This document shows, in pieces, positions 39,356 to 51,908 of a DNA stretch of 64,000 nt (position 1 is its first letter; the number at the start of each line of letters is the position of its first letter). This DNA comes from Massalongia carnosa (taxonomy: Eukaryota), in the NCBI GenBank assembly GCA_965645245.1, contig OZ287078.1, positions 1,364,001-1,428,000 of the forward strand, read 5' to 3'. The notes beneath the pieces were generated by a model. It saw only the letters and a list, made by a program, of their open reading frames with translations. It was not told the origin of the DNA and searched no databases. The position numbers and the translations under genes were made by a program.

Positions 39356-40623
39356 TCAATTGACATGTTTGCCGTAAAAGGGTACGCCAAGGGAACTGAG
39401 GAGCAGCCTAGCTTCCTTGTCATTGGTTGCGGTTGTGCAGACGAAGATGTCGATGCCGGGAATCATGCGGGAAGGGTATCTGTAGAAGTGGTTAGTCTCT
39501 GTTGGGGGGATGAAAATGGTGGTAAGGGGGTAGGGGCGGATGGAGAACAACAATGATAATTAATAAGTATGAAAACAACTTACGCGTCATAATTTATCTC
39601 GATTTCTGGAAAGGTGCCCACCATTTCCTTTGATAACCCAAACCCTAGATTCCCGTTCCCATCCCCACTCCCGCCGCTCACCCCCTTGTACTCCTTGATG
39701 CGCGGCATCACCATCTCCACCACCTTAGCCAAAAAGCACCACATGTCCTCCCCCCGCAACTCGCACGCCACCGCCATGGCCTTGCCCTCGCGGATGTTGA
39801 AGGTCATGATCGTCGTCTTGGCACGGAACACGGTGCAGCGCACGTTCGTGATAGCCTGCAGCACCATTCCCGCCACATGCAGCGGCGCGCTCTCCAGTCC
39901 CGCCGCCTGCACAAAAGTGTGCACTGTGATCTTTTCTAGCGTAGGCACGTTGCGAAATGTGATGGGACGGCGTAGTAGGTTTAGCGTAGGAGCCCCCCTT
40001 GGCGCGCGTAAGGGGCGGTTTTTGTAATAGGGGGAGGAGTCGTCCCAGGACCGCAGACGGGGGGGGGATGGGCCGGGGAGGGTGCCCGGGGGGTGGTGAG
40101 AGTAGAAGAGAGTTAGGAGATCGGGGGCGAGGGTGCTAGTATAGGTTTGCTGAAGGCGAGGGAGGGAGAATGGACCTGGTTTGAAGAGGCGGGAAGCGGG
40201 GGAGGAAGGGGGGGGTGGTTGATGTGGATGAAGGGGGCCACGGTAGTATTTGGGAGAGCGGTATTGGTATCTTTTGGTTGAGGAAAGTTGTTAGTATTTG
40301 AAGACAAGTAAGGCTGGGGGAAAGTATGCACCGCTGTGAGAGCGGGACGAGGTTTTGGGGGAGTGATATTACCGGCTGGGTGGAAGCTGGGTTTTGCGGC
40401 TTTTACTTCGGCCAACGGGATCAAAGGATTGAATCATATCTTCTGTGGGACCGGGAAATGCTAGTGAGGAGGATGGGTCGACGTCTTCAGATAGTTCTGC
40501 CATGCCGGTGTAGCTTGTGGAAGCTTTCCGTTGAGTATGACCATTACTACATCGCAAGGGTCGAAGTCTAGGTTGCCTTACTATGGAAAACGCGAGTCTC
40601 GTCGCGGTGATTGGAGTGCCCAT
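39356..40623 (-). CDS. MRPL7: Mitochondrial ribosomal protein uL5 (MrpL7), 3 exons
   Basis: Arg/Ser-rich presequence; SPYYKNRPLR; PTLEKITVH..LQAIT..MPRIKEYKGV..SGDGNGNLGFG..FPEIEINYD; IPGIDIFVCTTATNDKEARLLLS. Confidence 0.9.
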
Positions 40624-41069
40624 ATTCAGGCCAGATAAGAACGGTGAGCTCGTCTGTTTGAGATGGATGTTGCTGTGTTGCTTGATATTCCTCACATTTG
40701 AGGATGGAAAAATCTCATGTATTTATTACCCGATTGGGAAAGCTTGACAGATGGATATTTACGGAGTATCTACCCTGTACTCCATGTCTTACCGCAAAGC
40801 TAACAGGTCTAACCTGAGACGTAGCGAAACTCTTAGATGTGCATTTTGAATGATTGCCGAAGAGGAAGCTGGATCTCAATTCACAGTTGTAACCCTTTCT
40901 CATGGCTAACATGCTATATATACTTAGTTTACCCCTTTTAACGAGCTATCTATGCCAGACCATCGTCTTGTCAGAACAGTCTACAAGGACGGCTTTAGAA
41001 ACCTAAAGTATCATCGCTATAAATTCGTCAGTCGTAATATAGACATACCTCATAGTACAGTATTACTCG

Positions 41070-42529
41070 TTACATCGGCTTTTTGGCTCCCTTCCCTGGC
41101 GCTCTCACAGACCCACTTTTCCTCTCAGAAATTCCATTCACTCTTCCCACGGTCCTCATTTCTCTTTTGATTTTCCGCGCGACATACTCTTCCACTGCCC
41201 CCAGACTCTTGGAAGCTGCTTTGGCAGGCAGACTCGCGATTGCCCATGCAGCTTGCATCGGCAAAACAACGACTGCACATGCCCAATCTAAAACCACAAA
41301 GGAGGAGCCACGTCTTGAGGACTTCAAGTTACTACGCTCGGCAGCCGCAGCAAGGGTGATGGCGTCGGACATCCTCGCTTCCAGGTCCTGTAGACGGGCT
41401 TCGGTTTGCATGGTCAACAAGGTGGCGCGTTTTTCGTAGCGTCGTACAGCACGGTTTAGTGCGTCGAGGTTGGGTTGTATCGATTTACGCACGTCGGTGA
41501 TGAGGTCTGTGCTGGTAGTTGGAAAGGGAGGGTTGTTGGTCTGGGGTTTGACGCCTGCCGCGATAAGGGCTTCCAACTCACCAAGGCGGGAAGTTAGATG
41601 AAGTATGGTCGAAGGGGAGGAGGCTGAATCTTCGTTTGCGGTAGAGCTATTAAGAGTGCGTTGCAGATATAGGGTTCGCGCTTGGATCATTTTGATGAGG
41701 TGAGATAAGGGGCGGATCTCCGAAGCAAGCAAGAATATGGTGAGGTTGTAGTTGGAAACAAGGCCTTCGGAGGGTCGTGATAGCTGCGAACGAATGGCAT
41801 GTAAAAGCCAGGCACCTATGAGAGGAAAACAGAAACATGAGAAAAGAGCCAGAAGTTCGTGAACCCGTAGCTCCCATGCGCTATCGCGTTGTATCCTGGA
41901 GTCCCCGGGGCCGCTACGATCAGGATTGGCCTTCTTATCATTACAATCATTGTTTGGGGATGAGTTTCGAATGTCTTGTTCATCTTCGCTGCGCTCTTCA
42001 ATGATTGTGTCACTTGAATAGCTCTGGTTCAATTGGGTATTCTCGTCTGATTGGGTGGAGTGGGCAGAATAATACCAGTCCCTACTCAAGACTTAACAGG
42101 GGAAGGCCCTTATAATAGAGCTTCAATTTACCATGGCAACCTGACCGACCAATTCAGAAAGACCGCGGCCAACCCCAACAAAGTCACGTCCGTTAGAACC
42201 GCACCTCCATTCTGGAAGATCAAACCACCGACAGCAGGCAGTAAAGCCAACGCAAGTGGGGCTGAGTGCCAATGCGAATGCTCCAATTGTGTGGCTACTC
42301 CAGGATTCTTCGCTCTCGGAAGTAGCAAGTCATCAGTGGAGGAAAGGATTGAATCCGAGAAGGTGGAGCTTCGCCTGTGTCTCAATGGGGTGGAAAGATC
42401 CGCCAACGTAGAAGCTCGTCCAAAGGTTATATGACGAAGAGGTGACACACTTGTCTTTACAGAACTCTTCGCGGCGTTTGTAACGTTGGCGTTATTGGAT
42501 GGACTCGTGGGGAGGTGGTCGTCGGTCAT
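41070..42529 (-). CDS. Conserved fungal membrane protein of unknown function, 2 exons
   Basis: HWHSAPLALALLPAVGG..FLNWSVRLPW-intron-DWYYSA; TM segments, LSRPSEGLVSNYNLTIF, coiled-coil LNRAVRRYEKR. Confidence 0.8.
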
Positions 42530-43275
42530 GGCGTTACGGCTTCTTGAGTGGAAGATGCGATCTTCTAAAGCATCTCTGAGGGCATTGACAAGGCTAACTC
42601 ATGGAACTCTAACCACATTTTTCAGGCACGAAGATGCAATTAAAGTAACTGCATCAACAGCCACGATGGAATACGTCCGGGTCAATCAAGTATTTGATCG
42701 CGTACAAGGTGACGTGGTGATGATTTCACCCTGAATGTGGGATGCATGATTACGTAATATAGACCTGATGTAAATTACCAATTACCATCGTTCTCCAGCT
42801 CCGTCAATCCCTCGCCGTTAAAGACAATTTCCTCAGACACTTAGAACGATGCTCAAACTACTGTCAAATTCGTCAATGATCTCATCCGATCACGATAGGA
42901 GTTTCTCTAAGTCCCCTCCCTATTGCTATCTACCCTTGCGTGTGCTGTGTCCTCCTTGATGCATCATATCGTCGTAACGGAACTTGGCATGAATACCCAC
43001 AAATTTGATCAGTGTGCTGTTTGGTTGAATCTTTTGGAGGCGAATGTTTGAACTATGAAGCACGCTTGTTGCCCGCTTCATAATCTTTCTCGGTACTGCG
43101 TTCTCCTTGTTTGCTTCGGAGTCTTTCAGATGTCTTGCCCCCAAAGAGGAAATATCAGTTAATCTGTTTTATTGACCTGTCCGGCTCCTATCTTCAGACC
43201 ATGATATCTGTTTCATGATTCGTGTGAATAAGCAATTGAGAAAGATGCCGAACCTGCTGCTAGAGCGAATATACA

Positions 43276-43342
43276 CTATTGGGCCTATATGGAATGTCAA
43301 GCTGGCTATTGGCATCAAGATCCCATCTTATTGGTCTATTGA
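43276..43342 (+). promoter_or_regulatory. Cluster of CTATTG putative MAT1-1-1 (alpha-box) binding sites upstream of STE3
   Basis: CTATTG at 43276, 43306 and 43336, plus CTTATTGG at ~43327; 370-440 bp upstream of the STE3 ATG. Confidence 0.6.
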
Positions 43343-43713
43343 TCCTATGGTGGTGCATGCACTCGGTCAATTAGGGCCCTGATACCTTTCTACATCATAT
43401 ATCATTTCTATCTACTGTCTAATCTGTTGTACGACTTTGATCTTTTCCATCTTCCTGAACCTTTGATCAACCTCCACCATACCTAGCAAACAATCTTACT
43501 TCTACAGTGTAGCACTAAGATTCTGGAATTGAAAGAGACTCTTGCATCCTTTCAGATTTAGTAAGGAGTTCGAGGTTTCCGAAAGTCTCACTTTGCAGCA
43601 TTACCTACGGCCTCAATCCCATCTAAACCCTCACTTGCATCTTCACTCAATCATCCAACAATCTTCCAGAACCTCCATATTATCACCTCAGTATTACCCT
43701 TACCTCACTTAAA

Positions 43714-45149
43714 ATGGACGATAATACCTACGTATCGCCTGGCGCGATTGCGGTGCCAGTTCTAGCATGCATCACATTTATCCTTGATATCCCACCGTTT
43801 TTCTGGCATATGAAACGCCGAAATTTAGCTGCCGCAAGCCTTGTATTCTGGGTGAGCAACTGCACATTTTTTGATACTATCAATGCTCTCATCTGGCCTA
43901 CGGCTGATGTATCGCACTGGTGGCCTGGCTTCGTCCTTTGCGATATCGAAGCTAAGCTTATGCTTGCTGCTCCTGTCGGTATTCCTGGTTCATTAGCATG
44001 CATTATGAGAAACCTGGCGTTGGTTCTGGATCCGGACGGTAGTTTTCTAATTCCCACCCGAGCACAACGTCGGAAACAGATGGCTATAGACTCTATCCTA
44101 AGCATTGGACTTCCCGTCTACGCAATGGCAATCCATTACATCGTTCAGCCAAGCCGATATTACATATTTCAGATTGCTGGATGTGTTACCTCCTTCGACG
44201 ATAGCTGGCCTACCATTATTCTGGTTTGGATCTGGCCAACGACCCTGTGCCTTATGGCTGTGTACTACAGTGGTAAGAGGCAGTTCACAGAAATAGTTTC
44301 TCGATGCTGACATTCTGTAGTGCTCGTGGTCATACGCATGCATAAGTATCGGAGGGATTTTTCATCAATCCTCAACTCATCAAGTTCGAACCTTACACAG
44401 TCGCAGTTCAAACGCCTGTTCTTTATGTCCATCATGCTCATAGCAATTATCTTGCCCGTTCAGTTGTATGTCATGAAACAGAACGTATCTTACCCTCTGC
44501 TTCCTTATGATTGGAACGCTATTCATGGACCAGCTTGGTGGGATGTAATTATGGTTCCTACTTATGGAGCGATATACTACGATCGCTGGATTCACATTGG
44601 AGTTGGGTTTGCCATCTTCTTCTTCTTTGGACTCGGTAAGGAGGCAATCACCATGTATCGCGGTTGGTTACTCAAAGCCGGGTTCGGGCGGATTTTCCCC
44701 AACCTATATACCCCAAGTCGGAAGCTTAGCAATATATCGACTACACGTGCATCGTTCAGCAGCCGGGCTAGAATGTTTCTGAGCAAAAGACTTTCGGATG
44801 ATAGTTTTGTTCACTCCTCGTAAGTCAATGTGCATCGGTAACAGATGGTTCTTTGTCACTAATCTATTCCCGAACTAGCAGAAACAATTCGGTGATGACC
44901 ATTGTATCCGCACCTTCGCCCGACGATCCGCAGAAAACCTTTCCTCCGCTCTACACAATCGTCGAAAACGAGGGCAGCGGTCGTCCTGAAGCTTCGACCT
45001 ATGCCACGTCGTCACCGAATGATAGGAATCGCCTACCCGCATTATCAGCGGCTATCCCGTCCTTGTTTGGCACGTCGCTAGCTGCGTTGCGCATGCCTGC
45101 ATCATCGTTGCGTCTGCCTTCTAGGGCCCCACTAGATAGTATTGTGTAG
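43714..45149 (+). CDS. STE3: a-factor (lipopeptide) pheromone receptor, 7-TM GPCR, 3 exons
   Basis: LDIPPFFWH, INALIWP..WWPGFVLCDIE, HYIVQPSRYYI..GC, RDFSSIL..FKRLF, FFFFGLGKEA. Introns ~44273-44320 and ~44821-44878. Confidence 0.95.
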
Positions 45150-46216
45150 GCAAAAAAACCTAGGGATTAGGTTCCTAGTACTCTATCGGTGGGGGCTAAG
45201 AACCATGAAGCTTGGACCGAAGGCATGCAGCATTGGGGAACAGCTGATTTTCAATGCTTGGAAGAAGCGGATAATTTCTGTTTCACATTCCGTACATTCA
45301 CCGGTGTCGCTTGAGCTTCGATAAGAGGACGCAGGGAGGTTGGCGGTCCTTGAAATGCACTTTAGTTTAAGAAGACGAATGACATTTATTGATTGAATTT
45401 GGCCTTTTTTCTGTGAAATGGAACTGCTCGGGCTAAAATTTCAGCCCTACCCTCGCGCACCCACTTCGCTCTCACTACCGATATAGGTACTGTGCTCCGT
45501 GCTCCGTACTCTGCATATCCCACTCCACCTACCGGAACACACAATCTCCTCACACCTACTTGTTTGGCACAAAACGGCAGCTCGTCATGGCAGTTTGTCC
45601 GAAGATTGATACTTTTCCGATGCACCAGCTGCGGAAAGACTGGCTCCGATCGCTCTACATAAGCGCATTATTCTGCTGTCCAAATCGCATAGATGGACGA
45701 TGATAATTGCGATTCTGATCTAGTTAGATGAACGATGATGAATCGCAGAAGTCGACACCGTATTGCCTAGCAGATACGATCCTTCTCCAGTTTCAGATTC
45801 TCTTGACTACACTCTAATCGGCGGATCTGAATTCGGAGAATACACGGACTCGAATAGATTATGTGTATTTCGACGATTCAAAAAGAACACCTAAGTTGTC
45901 TATCCACATCCTATAAAACCCGTTTCTATTTATAAGATAGGAGAACTGATCAAGCCTGATGCCAAATGAACCAATCAGTTCACAAGGTTTAAGAGACTTA
46001 TTTATCGGGTCGTACGACAGACGGATGGCGTGGTGAAAGCGGTCATTGTTTGATGACGTTAACCCAATTTTGACGATCGTATATTAAGCCAGGCAACAGG
46101 GATGCCCCGAAATTGGGTTCCATTCTGATATTCAGCCACATTCATTGTGGCCTTTCTCCTCCTTCCTTTCTTTATCTATGTTTGCATCGCTGAACATTCC
46201 ATCCGTACTTTCATCA

Positions 46217-47325
46217 TGAGCAACTACTCGAGCAAAGGATGCATGGGAGTATTTTGGGTCTTCTTCCTGCTCCTGCTGCTACTGTTTCACTTCAGGTTTC
46301 TCGCTGGGACGGCGGTCACCTCAAATTTATCGTTGATAGGAGCCTCGAAAGAAACCCTTTTGGATAAGACGCTCATCCCAAACCATGTTCACTTCGTCCA
46401 TCTTGTTCCTACACCGGCGAACACGAGCTTGGAGTTCTCTTTTCGTCAATTCCTCGCCATCTACTCCGCATCGTATCATCTCCGCCCTGACATCATCTAT
46501 ATTCACACCAATTGCGACAACAAAACCGTTGATGATGCCAAAAGATCACCGAACCAGTACACAAGAGCGGTCTCGAACCTTCCCACCGTGATGTTTAACC
46601 ACGAAGTTGCTCCGAATCACACTACCTCTGGTTTGAAGATTCCCAAACTGGCCAACCAGTCCGACTTTGTCCGTACCAAGGTGTTGCAGATGTACGGCGG
46701 CATCTATCTTGATGGTGACGCTTATGTCTTGAAAGACTTGTTACCCTTGCGTCGCGCGGGATTCGAAAATGTTGTCGGGTGGCAAAAGGATGGACAGGTG
46801 TGTCCGGCGGTGATGCTGTCTATTTCGGGCAACGACTTAATGAATGCGTACCATACTCTGCAAGATAGGATATTTGACGGGGGCTGGGCAACCCATGCAA
46901 CTAGCTTATTAACCACGCTGGTCAGAGACTTCTCCACGACCGACAACACAGTGCTCAGTCTTCCTCAAGACGCCTACTTTCCTGGGAGCTGGGAACCCGT
47001 TGACTTGACCTGGATGTATAAAGTGCACGACGACCAAGGCCCCCCCGTCATTTTGGACGTTGATACACACAATCAGTCTACTTTCTTGTCTTCATTTCAA
47101 CTCAAACCGTCGCTGACATGGCAGAGGGATTGGCGCACGTCGTACACTTTGCATGGCTGGACCGCCGGCCTCCGCCATCTAGATCCCAAGGAGATTTTCG
47201 GCGAATATGGAGGCATCACTATGGAATATGTTATGGCACAAAACAGCAACTTCGCGCGCGCCGTGTACCCTGCGTTGCACCACGCGGTAATTCACGGAGT
47301 CCTTAAGAATTCGACCTGGACTTGA
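46217..47325 (+). CDS. Glycosyltransferase family 32 (DXD) type II membrane protein, intronless
   Basis: N-terminal TM anchor, IPNHVHFV, SDFVRTKVLQMYGGIYLDGD signature. Confidence 0.85.
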
Positions 47326-48411
47326 GGCTTTTATCAACCTGACAATATTCTAGTCTAGGCCAAAAAGAGGATCCAGGATAAGAGATTAATACACGAATGA
47401 AAGCTAAAGGGATACAAGCTGATCCATGCTTTCGAATCCCTGGACTGGACGGAACAGTCTGACCCGGGCTACGTGGTGGAAATCTCTGTTGCTATCCTTA
47501 AACCGGATTCAAGGGCCCTTCTCTCACACCAGTCATCAAGTTGTGATTCGCCGCATCACGCCCGATACGAACACTTGTCTTGCTTCTCGCAGGACGGCTT
47601 GATATTATAAGACCCTATAACGGGTATTCGGAGGGTGAGGGGGTGGGAGCGATGAAATCAGGTTTGGAGATAAAATCGTACTACCTATCAGGGTGGGGGC
47701 GACGCCTAGAAAGAGCGGATGAGGGGAGGTTTAAATGGCGGTTATCCATTTCAGTCGTTACGCAGCCATTGTGTGGCTTGAGCCATTTAATCTCTCGTGG
47801 TCAAAGTTTAACAGACCCTGCTGAAACCAACCAACTAGTTATAGCCTGCCTAATACAGAGTATTCCTGGCGCCCAGAAGGCTTGTCCGTTCCTTTTCGAG
47901 TTAGTGGTCTGTACTCAAATCACTTCCCCCTATCATGTCTATCGCATCTGATTCAATACGACGCTAACCTGAAATGAAAACAATACGAGTCTAAATACCT
48001 AGTTAATTTTATGTTTTCAATGGAACGCCGGCCCGGGTGAGCCGATTTAGTAAAATTACTTATGTACGTATCCGTACCTATGAATATTCTATGCTGAGGA
48101 CAAAACTCTCCAGCATGTATGTACAAAATACAGAGTATTGAAAATCCAATACACTCAAGAACTGATTTGATGTATCAAAATGAAAAGAAGAACTAGAAGT
48201 TGAGATTGAAACATAATATAATAAGATACCTATATAGAGATTCGTGAAAACGGGAAGACGAACCACTCAAGAAAAGTTTCATTGCTATTAGCAGCGAGTC
48301 AAATGACCTGAACAACCTTACCTACATGAAAGTTTCAACGCAGGGCATCTACCGTCATAGCAAACCTTGAAGACTTCCTGCAGCCGCAGTGCATATGAGA
48401 TAAGAGCACCG

Positions 48412-49881
48412 ATGGTTCTGCATCAACGACCGACGACATTCTGCAGCAACTCGCGTTTAGCTGTTCGTGCTAGCCAACCAAATCCACGCAACCACGGCCT
48501 TTACAAGGTAATTCCTGCTCCTCGCAGAATGCAGTCAAAACGCTAAACGGGGTTCCCTACAGTCATCAGATTGCAGCAGGACTGTCGACGGGCAAGGCTG
48601 AGAGTCCCTCAAATCAGCCCCATCAAACCGTTGACGAATTCCTTCCGTTCCCCAATCAAACCGTTGGCGGCGAATCATCAACCCCTTCCTTTCTCCCACC
48701 AATCGCCACTCGAAGAGCTAGACGGTCCCAGAATCCACTGATAGCAAGACTTTGGAACCCGACAAACTCCTCTCCTCGTGTCGCCAGCCCTCGACCCGCG
48801 CAAAGCAATCCTACCGAACGCCAAGAACCCTCCATAACCCCGTCCCCTCCTAAGCTTCCAAACACACAACAAACCGCCGCCCACCTCCACGATCAGCAAC
48901 GGCACGACTCTCAAAGCCCGAGCAGTCTTCAAGCGGAACCGGCAACCGAAGACGGCATTTCGAGCAAACACACCAGCATTGGCTACAACCCACGTATCCC
49001 CCCCCGAAGCCCCAAAGGCAAAGAACCTGCCCGATTCTCCAGAATGCCCATCACCGCTCTCCCCACCTCGTCGAACACCTCCCTAAATCCCACCCCGAAA
49101 CCACCTACTCCCCCGCTAAAATCCTTCAGTGCGCACTCTCCCTTCGCCGTGGCCAAAGACCCAGAACGCGGCCAGACCCCCTTCATAAGTCCCTCATCCA
49201 GCAGCCAAAACTCGGCTATCGATCCTCCAGCTCCCAACGAAATCCCCTGGGGGCCTGCTCACCCCTGCTTCCCACACCCAAATCCACACGTTCCGCTCTC
49301 CTCTCCCCTCCACCAAAGCACTCGCATAATCCGCATCCGCCGCGATTGGATGGTTGCTGGTGACCTTGCGCCCACCTTCAGCAACATCTATCCGGAGATC
49401 CTCGAACCATGGGTCTCGGAGCAGGACTTCCGCATCCTGGTGCGCACCGTTAACGATGGCCTCATGCAGGCTTTTAAGCCCGGCGGGTGGCGTGCCTGGC
49501 TGGATGCTGTGATGGGCGTTGCGACCGGCTGGTTATGGGAGGATCTGGGGTTTGCGGGGGTCAAGACAGGTGTGAGACAAGTAGAGGGGTTTATTGAGGG
49601 ATGGAATGGAGGCAAGGATGGGAAGGAGGGTGAGGAAGCCGTCAAAGTCGTTCCATTGAGGCGGACAGGTTATCTCAGTGTGAGTGAATATTCTGCCTTG
49701 TTTTTCTCGCATTCGTTGGAAACCCGTATGCATTACGCGACTAATAAGCTAATCTTTCGATCCCCTGCAGCTTGATATTCAAATTCCAGACCCTCAAGTC
49801 GGCGTTGCAGATCCTACCCCCACCACATCTAGACCCGATACGGGCAACAGCCGCCCGGGTCCCCTTCCCCGAAACCAATAG
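48412..49881 (+). CDS. ERF4: Ras modification protein Erf4 (Golgin A7 family, palmitoyltransferase cofactor); 5' end uncertain
   Basis: WGPAHPCFPHPNPHVP, TRIIRIRRDW, DLAPTFSNIYPEIL, PLRRTGYLS-intron(~49680-49770)-LDIQIPDP; TAG at 49879-49881. The start at 48412 needs an inferred intron at ~48508-48569. Confidence 0.75.
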
Positions 49882-51350
49882 TGCGCGGTTCTCCCAGTTC
49901 TGATGAGAGTTATTTTCTTATAAGTGAGATGTATATAACAGCGGGCTTTTGCTGGAGCGTTCCTTTGGATTTTTTGGGGGCCTATATATCCCATGTATAA
50001 ATTTTGTAAATTGTTTCAGAGGGAGGGCCAGCATCATCAGCATTCGTTTGCGACTTTCACGTACCCTGCTTTGCGATCTGGCATGTGGCAGCTTCTTGCA
50101 ATGCCAGTTTCCTATTGGCCTTCCTCAGCGACGAGATGTTTGACATTAAATTGCTGAGTTAGATGTCGTATCATTTGGCCCATGGCTTCTGTCTTCTATT
50201 CAAGACTCGTTCGCCGGCTCCGATCGACGGGGTGTTTATTCTCCACAAGGCAAAGTCGATTCGCTAGAAAAACGATATACCATAAAATCGGTATTTCTTC
50301 TTAGTCTGAGTAACAGTACGTTAAGTACACTTTTTCGTAATATGTAGGTTTCATATGTATTTCAATGGTGGAATGGAGGTTTTTATTCTTTGCTAAAGGC
50401 TTTATATTACAATACGTGTACTCCGTACTCTAGCTCCGCCACTTATGTAATTAAGTTACTCTGTACTCTGCACATTGTACTCCGTACACTATGTAGCTAA
50501 CTAACCACCTATGTGACCCCTTTCTACTCTACCCCTTTTCCAGCCGCCATTTCGGAGCTCACAAGTTTACCTAAATAGGTACATCAATGAGATATTTAGG
50601 TAAGTAGTTACTCTGTACTCTGTAAGATACCTCACCTACCTCCCTAGTCTCCGACGTCATAACGCGCCTTGCAAATTGAAATTGAATTGAACGGGGAGGG
50701 GAGGTTCATCTGTACCGACCCCTTCACGAATACTCAAAGCCTGCTCTACGGTACAGGAAGGGAATGAATGAATGATATGGAGGGATATGGAGAGGGCGGG
50801 GACGGAGGATATATTGTTGTTGGGGCCGTTACATCACCGAAAAGGTGGGACGTGCAGATCCAACATAAGTTACTGTCATTCCTAGTCCTTCTGTCTCCTG
50901 TTCCTAAATAGCTGAGGAGTGAGGTATACCTACTTATGGTAGAGATTGAGATTGCTGGGGCTTTCATTTCACATAGTATTCGTACTTTTAGAACGCATAG
51001 AGTACCTTAAAATAAGCTATAAAAAACTAGAAATTAATAATTAATTTAGATATAAATCTTATAAAAAAAGCATATAATAAGATACAATTTACGTATCAAT
51101 CTCCATGTAATCCTTGCCTGGGTAATGTTAGGTCGGTAGAGAGCCTCTGCTTGATCGCACTATCGCTGGGTTTCGGATGTAGACAGAAGGCTTTTACGTC
51201 TGCGAACCTCTCCCTACGTCTGAAAGTTGGCTTCTAGGTTTATCCCCTTTCCTGAAACCGGAGCTTCGGTTTTTGGCCCTTTTTCCGTGATGATGTGCAT
51301 GGATGAACGACAGGTGGATCACGCTGTGCCATCAGGTAGTTGCTTATCTA

Positions 51351-51680
51351 CCTTGAGGGCGGTTGGGGTTACTCGGACATGGTCTCGGCATGGTCTTGAG
51401 ATCCTCATGATGTCTTCATCAAAATGGATACGCCGGGCCGTTCTAGGTTTGTAGGCTCTTCTGAGCGATTTTCTGATTCTGACCTATGTGTCAAGATAGC
51501 TTGAAAATGCTAGACGATCTTGAGAGATCTCAATATATTTTATTTACTAAGGGTTTGTAATTGGAGATTTTTTCGTAATATCAAATCAACAATAACAAAA
51601 TATCATGATGATATTATAAATAACAGCGTGTGAAGATCATAACCGAGATCATGTCTGAGAACTCCCAACCGCCCTTAAGG
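51351..51680. mobile_element. Non-autonomous MITE-like element (Tc1/mariner-type, TA target duplication), degenerate
   Basis: Left end CCTTGAGGGCGGTTGGGGTTACTCGGACATGGTCTCGG versus reverse complement of right end CCTTAAGGGCGGTTGGGAGTTCTCAGACATGATCTCGG; TA at 51349-50 and 51681-82; no internal transposase. Confidence 0.7.
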
Positions 51681-51908
51681 TACTCTGTATGGGGAAAAAC
51701 TACGCCTACGTGGATAGTTATGGTGAGGAAGGTCCGGGCGTTTAGGCATATGCTGGTAGGGCTTGTAAGGGCTCGACATCGGCGACGAGACAGCTGAAGG
51801 TGTACATAGCGGAACTACTTCCTCTCAAAGGACTGCTTCCTCACAAGAGATTGCTTTCCCACAAGATAGCAAGCTGGCGCTGCTGCTTTCGGACTGCCGA
51901 GGTGTCAG

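Noticed and set aside
34730..45149. Possible mating-type locus
   Set aside because: No alpha-box or HMG MAT gene and no APN2/SLA2 flanks in the window.
47425..47450. TTCGAATCCC resembling a tRNA T-loop (also GTTCGA at ~33874 and ~34329)
   Set aside because: No cloverleaf stems or A-box at the proper distance.
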